Below, in pieces: positions 1 to 7,576 of a DNA stretch of 24,000 nt; the first letter of the stretch is position 1; each line of letters begins with the position of its first letter. The position numbers and the translations under genes are program-made. The stretch is from an uncultured archaeon. GTDB taxonomy: Archaea > Nanobdellota > Nanobdellia > Pacearchaeales > GW2011-AR1. The notes below the pieces were generated by a model. That model had not been told where the DNA came from. It made no database searches and worked only from the letters and a program-made list of their open reading frames with translations. The stretch spans positions 127,596-151,595 of the forward strand of contig CABMHR010000002.1 of NCBI GenBank assembly GCA_902386025.1, given 5' to 3'.

Positions 1-26
1 AAAGGAATGCAAATGACATTCCCATT

Positions 27-725
27 ATGCAGAAAAATTTAACAATTGACAGGTTTGAAATACTGCTTGAATCAGCAGTTCAATTTGGAGAAGGAAATAG
101 AATAAGGCATCTCGCAGATATTATTGCAAAATCTTACAGCAAAAAGCCAGAAGAATTAATCTCTTTTTTCAGCAATGACAACAAGCATATTGCAGGAATT
201 GCCACTTCGGCATATTATTCAATTACAGAGGATATTGAACCTGCCCTGTCAATTGAGTATGGGGGGCTTGGAGCAGTTGTAGCAAGCACAAAAATCAGAT
301 TAAAAATAGGACAGTCCCAGTTTTTGTTTTCGAGAAACAGCGGAAATGCATTTTGGTTTTCAGAGAACAGCGGAAATGCATTTGGATATTCTGAAAACAG
401 CGGAGATTCATTCAGAAGTTCAATGAATAGGGGAGAATCTTTTAAGAATTCCATAAATCAAGGGGAATCTTTTCAGGACTCTGAAAACTGCTGGAATTCA
501 TTTGAAAAATCAACAAACAAAGGATATTCTCTATGGGGTTCAAGGAACAATGAACATTCTTTTTATTATTCTGACAACAGCGAAAATGCAGCAAGGGGTT
601 CAACAAATGATAATTATTCTTTTTGCCGCGCGAAAATCAGAGATAATGCCCTAAAAGGAGCAAAAAAGTTTGGAAATTCTTTTTGGCGTTTAGAGGGAAC
701 AAAAGAACCTATTCTTTCGCAATGA
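27..725 (+). CDS. decapeptide tandem-repeat protein, function unknown (C-terminal half possibly beta-solenoid-like)
   Basis: 232-aa ORF. Residues 101-220 form 12 in-register 10-residue units with consensus x-S-x-N-x-G-x-S/A-F-x (FSRNSGNAFW, FSENSGNAFG, YSENSGDSFR, SSMNRGESFK and so on). The frame stays open upstream to nt 3, so the true start may lie outside the window. Confidence 0.6.
   Translation: MQKNLTIDRFEILLESAVQFGEGNRIRHLADIIAKSYSKKPEELISFFSNDNKHIAGIATSAYYSITEDIEPALSIEYGGLGAVVASTKIRLKIGQSQFLFSRNSGNAFWFSENSGNAFGYSENSGDSFRSSMNRGESFKNSINQGESFQDSENCWNSFEKSTNKGYSLWGSRNNEHSFYYSDNSENAARGSTNDNYSFCRAKIRDNALKGAKKFGNSFWRLEGTKEPILSQ
327..686 (+). repeat. coding tandem repeat, 30-bp period, about 12 units
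   Basis: The first units are nearly identical at DNA level (agcggaaatgcatttgg / agcggaaatgcattttgg / agcggagattcattcag) and later units degenerate. The periodicity is exact in the translated frame. Confidence 0.85.
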
Positions 726-1302
726 ATTTGTCTCTTCCTGTCTGTTTCGCGTGATAAAGAGCCTTGTCTGCCCGCTCTTTAAACCTCTTTTTCTTTTCAT
801 TTGGTTTGTATTCTGTTACTCCACCGCTCACAGTCAGATGATGCTTCTTAAGAATGCTGTTTGAATGAATTGCAGTTCCAAGACGCGCTGCAAAATGGAT
901 TGCCTTTTTCAAGTTTGTCTCTGGCAGAAGAATCACAAATTCTTCTCCGCCAAATCTCGCTGCAATATCAGAACGCCTGATTGTCTTTTTCAGAACATTT
1001 GCAAGAACTTTCAAAAGTTCGTCTGCCTTTATGTGTCCGTAAGTATCATTTATCTTTTTGAAAAAATCAATGTCTATCAGAATAAGCGAAAGCTTCTCCT
1101 GCTCTCTTTTTGCCTTTTCTATTTCCATATCAAGTATTGTCTCAAAGAACTTGTTGTTTGATAGCCCGGTTTTCTCGTCGTGAGTAGCAACCTCATAAAG
1201 CATTGAAACAGATTCATTTATTGATTCAAACAAATCCTGAATTTTTTTTCTGAATCTTGGATCAAGAGCGTGAAGTTTATCCTCTATTTTTTTATCCCCC
1301 AT
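709..1302 (-). CDS. stand-alone GGDEF-domain protein (putative diguanylate cyclase)
   Basis: 197 aa carrying GGDEF-domain landmarks: DEKTGLSNNKFF, IDIDFFKKINDTYGH and RFGGEEFVILLPET (intact GGEEF A-site). RRSD (RxxD) lies five residues before GGEEF, at the I-site position. No sensor or TM domain is present. Confidence 0.85.
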   Translation of the reverse strand: MGDKKIEDKLHALDPRFRKKIQDLFESINESVSMLYEVATHDEKTGLSNNKFFETILDMEIEKAKREQEKLSLILIDIDFFKKINDTYGHIKADELLKVLANVLKKTIRRSDIAARFGGEEFVILLPETNLKKAIHFAARLGTAIHSNSILKKHHLTVSGGVTEYKPNEKKKRFKERADKALYHAKQTGRDKFIAKE

Positions 1303-1322
1303 AAAATTATTAAAGAAATCAG

Positions 1323-1334
1323 ATATTTAAATTT
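1323..1334 (-). promoter_or_regulatory. TATA-like box for the GGDEF gene
   Basis: atatttaaattt is centred about 26 bp upstream of the ATG at 1302 (minus strand). The same spacing recurs at most genes in the window. Confidence 0.4.
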
Positions 1335-1346
1335 AGCCCTAAGAAA

Positions 1347-2138
1347 TTATTTTGAAATTTCACTTGTCTTTTTTTTCTGGATATAAAATTTGTTCACAAC
1401 ATCAAGAGCCTGCTTTCTCTGCTCTGAATTTCCCAACCCTTTCCAGTCAAGAAGAATCAAATCCAAATCCTCTTCTGTTCCTGCAATTGCCTCCCGAACC
1501 ATTTCTTCGGTTATTGGAAGGGCATATTGGGGAATTATATGAGCAAGTGCAATGTTTGAGTTTAGCTGAATTTTGTTGAAATTCGGGCAGTAGTGGGGCC
1601 CGCCTATGCCTATTGCAATTTCTCTGTAAGTATTTACCTTAAAGTCGCTTATTGCTTCGGCAATGGATTTGGCTACTACAAATCCTGCTTTCCTGTCTTT
1701 CCATTCTGTCTCTGTTGCTCCAATCTCTACAAATATGCACGGCTTGTTTATCAAAGGGCCGTGATGAGTGCATTCAAGAGTAAGCTTGTATTCTTTTAGG
1801 TGAAAAAATTCAATATTCTTATCCAGCTTTTCAAAAATATGCTTTTGAAACAATGCAGAAGATTTGCATACTCTTTCTGAAGTTCCTCCGAATTCTGCTT
1901 TTCTCCAGTTTCCGGGAGCGTGAATTGAAATTGTCTTGTCTCCTTTTTCTGACTGATGCTTTGAAGCAAAAATAATAAAATCATAGCTGTTTATTTTGGT
2001 TAAATCAATATTTTCTGTATGAATAATGTCTTCATCAGCCAGATAAAAATTAAATTCTCCAAATTGGCTTAATTGAGTTGTTATGTTTATTCCTGCCTTG
2101 TCAAGCTTGCTCGCAATTATCAAATAATTTTTGTACAT
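1347..2138 (-). CDS. dtdA: D-aminoacyl-tRNA deacylase, archaeal DTD2 type
   Basis: 263 aa. Blocks typical of the archaeal DtdA family as I recall it from Pyrococcus DTD2: ASKHQSEKG...HAPGNW, ECTHHGP, FVEIGATETEW, GIGGPHYCP, AHIIPQYA, LDWKG. Confidence 0.85.
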   Translation of the reverse strand: MYKNYLIIASKLDKAGINITTQLSQFGEFNFYLADEDIIHTENIDLTKINSYDFIIFASKHQSEKGDKTISIHAPGNWRKAEFGGTSERVCKSSALFQKHIFEKLDKNIEFFHLKEYKLTLECTHHGPLINKPCIFVEIGATETEWKDRKAGFVVAKSIAEAISDFKVNTYREIAIGIGGPHYCPNFNKIQLNSNIALAHIIPQYALPITEEMVREAIAGTEEDLDLILLDWKGLGNSEQRKQALDVVNKFYIQKKKTSEISK

Positions 2139-2225
2139 AAATTAGATAAAAAGAAGAATATTTTAAAGATTGCTGTTTCGTATTTCTTTAGGTAAATATA
2201 AAAACAATATTTCTTGATTATTATT

Positions 2226-2480
2226 ATGCAAGAGGTGTATCAGATAATTACAGGAATAATTCTTTTAATTTTAGGATTTCCGATAGGAAATCTTCTTGCA
2301 AGAGCAACAAAAGAAGAGCTGAAAAACGGGCAGAAATATTTCAGAATTTTGATAATTTTAAGCTTGATTGGGGCAGCTGCCTTTCTTATATTCAGCAATG
2401 ATGCACTTATGTTTGCATTTTTATTTATCGCCATTGTCGCAAGCAGAAGCCTTAGAAATTCAAAGAAGAAGAATGATTAA
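2226..2480 (+). CDS. small integral membrane protein, hypothetical
   Basis: 84 aa from the ATG at 2226, with hydrophobic segments IITGIILLILGFPIGNLL, ILIILSLIGAAAFLIF and MFAFLFIAIVA. A TATA-like aaatataaaa at 2194-2203 favours ATG 2226 over the TTG at 2214 used by the ORF track. Confidence 0.5.
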   Translation: MQEVYQIITGIILLILGFPIGNLLARATKEELKNGQKYFRILIILSLIGAAAFLIFSNDALMFAFLFIAIVASRSLRNSKKKND

Positions 2481-2515
2481 GAAAGTTTATAAATGCTGAA
2501 TTTCTGGGGGGGATT

Positions 2516-2773
2516 ATGAAAGAAGAATCCTATTCGGAAAGAGTAAGAGGAAACAAAAACGAATATGAGAAGATAAAGAACACAATTCTGCATTCAGGAA
2601 GATATAATCTTTCCCCTGAACAGAAGCTGAAAATCACAGAGAAACTGGCTTCTATTGAATCAAACTGCTTTGAAAAAGGCATTGGCATTTGGGATGAAAG
2701 ATTCTGGGAAAATAAAACTGCTTTTTTAATTGAAATAAGAGACTCGCTGGAAGCAAGAGCTTCTGCGATATAA
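2516..2773 (+). CDS. hypothetical protein
   Basis: 85-aa ORF with a TATA-like tttataaat (2486-2494) about 26 bp upstream of the ATG. I recognise no family. Confidence 0.45.
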   Translation: MKEESYSERVRGNKNEYEKIKNTILHSGRYNLSPEQKLKITEKLASIESNCFEKGIGIWDERFWENKTAFLIEIRDSLEARASAI

Positions 2774-2801
2774 TTTTAAATAAATAATTCTTTCTTTAAT
2801 T

Positions 2802-3512
2802 ATGTTATATCTTATTGGGCTTGGGCTTGATGAATCTGGAATTTCAAAAAGCGGGCTGGAAGCTGTGAAGAAATGCAGAAAAGTTTATCTTGAAAATTAT
2901 ACTGTAAATTTTCCTTATCCTGAAAAGAAGATTGAAAAAACAATCGGAAAGAAAATTATTTCTGTTGGGAGAGAGATTGTTGAAGGGAATGAGTTAATTA
3001 AAGAGGCAAAAAAAGGAAATATCTGCCTGCTTGTTTATGGAAGCCCTCTGACAGCAACCACGCATATTTCTCTTATTCAGGAAGCAAAGAAGAATAAAGT
3101 CAAATGCAAAATTATTTGCAATGCTTCAATATTTGACGCAATTGCAGAAACAGGACTGCAGATTTACAAATTCGGGAAAATTGCGAGTATGCCTAAATGG
3201 AGCAAAAGCTACAAGCCCACAAGCTTTATGGAAATTGTAAAACAGAATAAGGAAATTGATGCGCATAGTTTAATTTTAATTGATATCGGGCTTGATTTGA
3301 AAGATGCTCTTGAAGAGCTTGAAAAATCTGCAGAGGAATACGGAATAAAACCAGAAAAAATTCTTGTATGTTCAAGGCTTGGAGCAAAAGACAGCAGAAT
3401 AATATACAAAGAAATCAGCCAGTTAAAGAATGCAGAAATCAAAAAACCATACTGCATAATTATTCCTTCAAGGCTTCACTTTATGGAAAGCGAGGTTTTG
3501 GAAAAATTTTAG
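2802..3512 (+). CDS. dphB: diphthine synthase
   Basis: 236 aa. The N-terminus MLYLIGLGL...GLEAVKKCRKVYLENYT and the later GSPLTATTH are typical of the tetrapyrrole-methylase-fold diphthine synthase found in archaea and eukaryotes. Confidence 0.88.
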   Translation: MLYLIGLGLDESGISKSGLEAVKKCRKVYLENYTVNFPYPEKKIEKTIGKKIISVGREIVEGNELIKEAKKGNICLLVYGSPLTATTHISLIQEAKKNKVKCKIICNASIFDAIAETGLQIYKFGKIASMPKWSKSYKPTSFMEIVKQNKEIDAHSLILIDIGLDLKDALEELEKSAEEYGIKPEKILVCSRLGAKDSRIIYKEISQLKNAEIKKPYCIIIPSRLHFMESEVLEKF

Positions 3513-3549
3513 AGGAATTATTTAAAAAGTTCGCTGTTTAGAATATAAT

Positions 3550-6360
3550 ATGTATGAATTTAAGAAGATTGAAGAAGAAACCAGAAAAATCTGGAAAAAA
3601 CAGAATAAGGAAATTGACAAATCAATACAGGACAATCTGAAAAAACCGCTGTTTTCTTTTCTTGAAGGCCCGCCAACTGCAAATGCCCCTCCTGCACTGC
3701 ATCATCTTGAAGTCAGAACTTTCAAGGATATAATCTGCAAATTCAAATATATGAACGGATTTGCTGTTCCAAGAAAAGGCGGATGGGACTGCCACGGACT
3801 GCCTGTTGAAGTTCAAGTTGAAAAAAAACTAAAGCTTGAATCAAAAAAAGATGTTGAAAAATACGGAGCAGACAAATTTATTGAACATTGCAGAAAAGAT
3901 GTTTTCTCAAATATTGAAGAATGGAATAAATCCACAGAGGAATTAAATTACCTTATTGACTTGAAAAATCCCTATGTTACTCTTGAAAATAATTATATTG
4001 AAAGCGTCTGGTGGAGTTTGAAGGAGCTTTACAATAAAAAAATGCTGTATGAAGGGCATAAAGTTGTTCCATTCTGTCCAAGATGCGGAACACCATTATC
4101 AAGCCACGAAGTCGCTCTTGGATATCAGGATGTCACAGAAGAATCTGTTTATATTGCGTTCAAAGCAAAGGGGAAGAACAGAGAATATATTCTGGCGTGG
4201 ACTACGACTCCCTGGACATTGCCTGGAAATGTAGCTCTTGCAGTCAATCCAATAATTGATTATGTGAAAGTCAGGCTTGACGACGGAGACAGCTTAATTC
4301 TTGGGAAAGAAAAAATCGGGCTGCTGAAAGGAAATTACAAAATTGAAAAAGAACTCAAGGGAAAAGATTTGGTTGGAATAGAATATGAGCCTTTGTATGA
4401 CATAAAAGAACTGCAGGACGGGAAATCCTACAAAGTGATTCCTGCTGATTTTGTAACAACAGAAGAAGGAACAGGAATTGTCCACACTGCAGTAATGTAT
4501 GGGGAAGATGATTACAATCTTGGGAAAAAATTCGGGCTTCCGCAGATTCATACTGTCGGGCAGGACGGAAAATTTCTGGATATTGCGCCTGAATTTTTAA
4601 GAGGAAGGTTTGTCAAGGATGCAGAAAAAGACATTAAGGAAGATTTGAAAAAAAGAAATCTGCTCTTTAAAGTAGAAAAAATAACACACGCTTATCCTTT
4701 CTGCTGGAGATGCAATTCTCTTTTGATTTATTACGGAGTAAACTCTTGGTTTATCAAAGTCAGCGAAGCAAGGGACAAGATGACTAAGCTGAACAGCAAA
4801 ATAAACTGGGAGCCGGAACATATCAAAGACGGAAGATTTGGAAAATGGCTTGAAGGTGCAAAAGACTGGGCTCTTTCAAGATTCAAATTCTGGGGGACTC
4901 CTCTTCCAATATGGAAATGCTATTCGTGCGGGGAGAAAAAAATAATAGGCAGTGTTGAAGAGCTCAAAAAAAATTCCACAAAGAAAATTTCAGGAAATAT
5001 TGATTTGCACAAGCCGTGGATTGACAGAGTGAAATTAAAATGCAAATGCGGAAAAGAAATGACAAGAATTCCTGATGTAATTGACTGCTGGTATGATTCT
5101 GGAAGCGCAAGCTTCGCGCAGTTTCATTATCCATTTGAAAACAAGAAAGAATTTGAAAGAAGATTTCCCTATGATTTCATTTCTGAAGCAATAGATCAGA
5201 CAAGGGGATGGTTCTACACTCTTCACGTGCTGGGAACACTGCTATTTGACAAGCCAGCATACAAAAATGTAATCTGCGCAGGGCATATTGTAGACGAGAA
5301 AGGCGAGAAAATGTCAAAATCAAAGGGAAATGTGATAAAGCCCACAGAAATAATTGAAAAAACAGGAGTTGATGCAGTAAGACTGCAGTTCTGCACAAGC
5401 GAAGCAGGAAACCAGAAAAGATTTTCATTTGAACTTATGAAAGAGGAAGTAATTCCTTTGCTGAATGTCTTGTACAACTGCTACAATTATTACAAACAGC
5501 TTGAAAATAAAAAAACAAAACTTCGCGTTGAAGATAAATGGATTTTAAGCAGATTAAATTCAGTTATTGAAGAGGTTACAGATGGATTAAACAATTTTTT
5601 GCTGAACAAGCCGTTTGAAGCAATCTCAAATTTTGTTGTAAATGACTTTTCAAGGCAGTATATCAAGCTGACAAGAGACAGGGAAGACACAAAAGAAGTT
5701 GTGGGGGAAGTTCTGGAAAAAATTTCGCTGATACTTGCTCCATTTGCTCCTTACATTTCGGAATATATCCATTCTGAATTTTCAAAAGAATCTGTTCATC
5801 TTTCAAAATGGGCAAAAGCAGACAAAAAGAAAATAGACAAGAAGCTGGAGGAAGAATTCAAATTTGTTTTTGAAATAATTGAAAAAGGGCTTTCTCAAAG
5901 AGACAAAGTGCAGATTGGGCTGAAGTGGCCTTTGGGAAAAGCAGTTGTTTATTCAAAAGAAAAAAAATTATCAAAAGAACTTGAAGAAATTGCAAAGAAT
6001 CAGCTTAATGTAAAATTAATTGAATTAAAAATTGGAAAAGAATTTTCTGTTGAACTTGATGTGAAGCAGACTCCTGAACTTGAAGCAGAAGGATATGCAA
6101 GAGAAATGTCAAGGCAGGTGCAGGCATTCAGAAAAGAGCTTGGATTGAACAAGAACAACACAATTGAACTTTCAATTTTCTGCGATGATGAACTTAAAAA
6201 AATTCTTGAGAAGTGGAAAACTTTTATTATGAATAGGACAAATTCCAAAAAATTGGAATTTTTTTCGGAAAATGTTACAACTGACAAGGAAAGATTTAAA
6301 AAGAATATTGAATTTAAAATCAAAGATAAAAGAGGAAAGATAGCAATTATAAAAAAATAG
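3550..6360 (+). CDS. ileS: isoleucyl-tRNA synthetase (type 2-like, short C-terminus)
   Basis: 936 aa with GPPTAN..., GWDCHGLPVE, the editing-domain block WTTTPWTLPGN, Zn-knuckle motifs CPRCGT and CWRCNS, DQTRGWFYTL and KMSKSKGN. The HIGH position reads ALHH (see findings). Confidence 0.93.
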   Translation: MYEFKKIEEETRKIWKKQNKEIDKSIQDNLKKPLFSFLEGPPTANAPPALHHLEVRTFKDIICKFKYMNGFAVPRKGGWDCHGLPVEVQVEKKLKLESKKDVEKYGADKFIEHCRKDVFSNIEEWNKSTEELNYLIDLKNPYVTLENNYIESVWWSLKELYNKKMLYEGHKVVPFCPRCGTPLSSHEVALGYQDVTEESVYIAFKAKGKNREYILAWTTTPWTLPGNVALAVNPIIDYVKVRLDDGDSLILGKEKIGLLKGNYKIEKELKGKDLVGIEYEPLYDIKELQDGKSYKVIPADFVTTEEGTGIVHTAVMYGEDDYNLGKKFGLPQIHTVGQDGKFLDIAPEFLRGRFVKDAEKDIKEDLKKRNLLFKVEKITHAYPFCWRCNSLLIYYGVNSWFIKVSEARDKMTKLNSKINWEPEHIKDGRFGKWLEGAKDWALSRFKFWGTPLPIWKCYSCGEKKIIGSVEELKKNSTKKISGNIDLHKPWIDRVKLKCKCGKEMTRIPDVIDCWYDSGSASFAQFHYPFENKKEFERRFPYDFISEAIDQTRGWFYTLHVLGTLLFDKPAYKNVICAGHIVDEKGEKMSKSKGNVIKPTEIIEKTGVDAVRLQFCTSEAGNQKRFSFELMKEEVIPLLNVLYNCYNYYKQLENKKTKLRVEDKWILSRLNSVIEEVTDGLNNFLLNKPFEAISNFVVNDFSRQYIKLTRDREDTKEVVGEVLEKISLILAPFAPYISEYIHSEFSKESVHLSKWAKADKKKIDKKLEEEFKFVFEIIEKGLSQRDKVQIGLKWPLGKAVVYSKEKKLSKELEEIAKNQLNVKLIELKIGKEFSVELDVKQTPELEAEGYAREMSRQVQAFRKELGLNKNNTIELSIFCDDELKKILEKWKTFIMNRTNSKKLEFFSENVTTDKERFKKNIEFKIKDKRGKIAIIKK

Positions 6361-6435
6361 TCCCTATATGGTGATTCATAATATTTGCTCTTTTATCATA
6401 ACAATATTTAAAAACAAAAACAAACCCACATAAAT

Positions 6436-7242
6436 ATGATAGTTAAGGACGAATTTTTAAGCAGATTAAGAAAAATTTTCGATTTGAATCTGTATGAAGT
6501 TAAGGTTTGGGCTGCTTTGCTTTCAAGGGGGACAAGCACTGCAGGAGAATTAAGCAATATTTCTGATGTTCCAAGAAGCAGAGCATATGATATTCTTGAA
6601 AGTTTGGAGAAAAAAGGATTTATTCTGATGAAACTTGGAAAGCCAATCAAGTTTGTTGCATTAAAGCCAGAAGAAGTAATTGAAAGAGTAAAGAAAAATC
6701 TTGTAAAATATGCAAAAGAGAAAACAGAAAGGCTTGAAAATCTTAGAGATGATGAAGTTCTTGAAGAATTAAATTCATTATTCACAAAAGGAATAAAATT
6801 TGTGGAGCCTTCTGACTTGTCAGGAAGCTTGAGAGGAAGGCAGAATCTTTACAATCATCTTGATATGATGCTTAGAGATGCAGAAAAGTCAATAACAATC
6901 GTAACAACAAAAGAAGGGCTGAACAGAAAGTTTGAAGCAATAATGCCTACATTAGACAGATGCAAAAAAAGAGGAGTGAAAATAAGAATCGCTGCTCCTG
7001 TTGACAGCAGCAATATAAAATTCGCAAGAGAATTCAAGAAAGTTGCAGAAGTAAGGGACTTGGACAAAATGAAGGCAAGATTTGTAATCATTGACGAAAA
7101 TCAGCTGATGTTTATGCTTCTTGATGATGAGAAATTCCATCCAAACTATGATGTTGGAATATGGGTTAATACAGAATTTTTTGCTCAAGCGTTGGAGCAA
7201 TTGTTTGAACTTGCCTGGAAGGATATGAAGGCAGTAAAGTAA
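6436..7242 (+). CDS. TrmB-family transcriptional regulator
   Basis: 268 aa. The N-terminal winged-HTH LYEVKVWAALLSRGTSTAGELSNISDVPRSRAYDILESLEKKGFI matches the TrmB pattern, and the C-terminal domain has the length expected for a TrmB effector domain. Confidence 0.8.
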   Translation: MIVKDEFLSRLRKIFDLNLYEVKVWAALLSRGTSTAGELSNISDVPRSRAYDILESLEKKGFILMKLGKPIKFVALKPEEVIERVKKNLVKYAKEKTERLENLRDDEVLEELNSLFTKGIKFVEPSDLSGSLRGRQNLYNHLDMMLRDAEKSITIVTTKEGLNRKFEAIMPTLDRCKKRGVKIRIAAPVDSSNIKFAREFKKVAEVRDLDKMKARFVIIDENQLMFMLLDDEKFHPNYDVGIWVNTEFFAQALEQLFELAWKDMKAVK

Positions 7243-7317
7243 TATCTTTAATTAGTTCTTAAAAAATTAATGCAAGAAATATAAAAGTAATAAAAAAATA
7301 AAATAAAAAGAGTATTT

Positions 7318-7515
7318 TTATTGTTTAAGCACAGCAAGCACTACACTTAACAATGTTGTTACAACTACAATCCATCCTGCTATCATTGTAACAATTGATG
7401 GAATCCATGGAACAGTCAAAGAACCGCCTGTCATAGCAAAACCTACTGCTAATGAGACGAGAACTCCTGTAAGCCACGCAACAAAGTTTAGTACACCTTT
7501 AACTTTCTTTCCCAT
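7318..7515 (-). CDS. small two-TM membrane protein, hypothetical
   Basis: 65 aa, strongly hydrophobic (VAWLTGVLVSLAVGFAM, IVTMIAGWIVVVTTLLSVVLAVL). It is preceded on its strand by GGAGGT (complement of 7521-7526) 6 nt before the ATG, and by a TATA-like box at 7556-7567. Confidence 0.6.
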   Translation of the reverse strand: MGKKVKGVLNFVAWLTGVLVSLAVGFAMTGGSLTVPWIPSIVTMIAGWIVVVTTLLSVVLAVLKQ

Positions 7516-7576
7516 ATCCTACCTCCTTTTTCCTGTAAGATATAGAAGGAAAAATGCTTTAAATAAGTTTTGCCGG

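Noticed and set aside
215-454. 79-aa minus-strand ORF, and similar antisense or off-frame ORFs throughout the track (for example 865-1161, 1352-1579, 1593-1799, 3209-3457, 4294-4551, 5177-5477, 6000-6323, 6408-6785, 6855-7200, 8258-8513, 9335-9571, 12650-12988, 16786-17043, 17402-17653, 20061-20309, 20611-20901, 21263-21472, 22165-22659)
   Set aside because: Each lies entirely inside, or largely overlaps, a well-supported gene. Their translations are low-complexity (F/L/S/I-rich, typical of AT-rich sequence read out of frame or antisense), and they have no promoter or SD context.
327-686. Possible CRISPR array or non-coding satellite, suggested by the regular 30-bp periodicity
   Set aside because: There are no unique spacers between repeats. 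The units are contiguous, degenerate gradually and maintain one open reading frame with a conserved amino-acid pattern, so this is a coding tandem repeat. No CRISPR array or cas gene is visible anywhere in the window.
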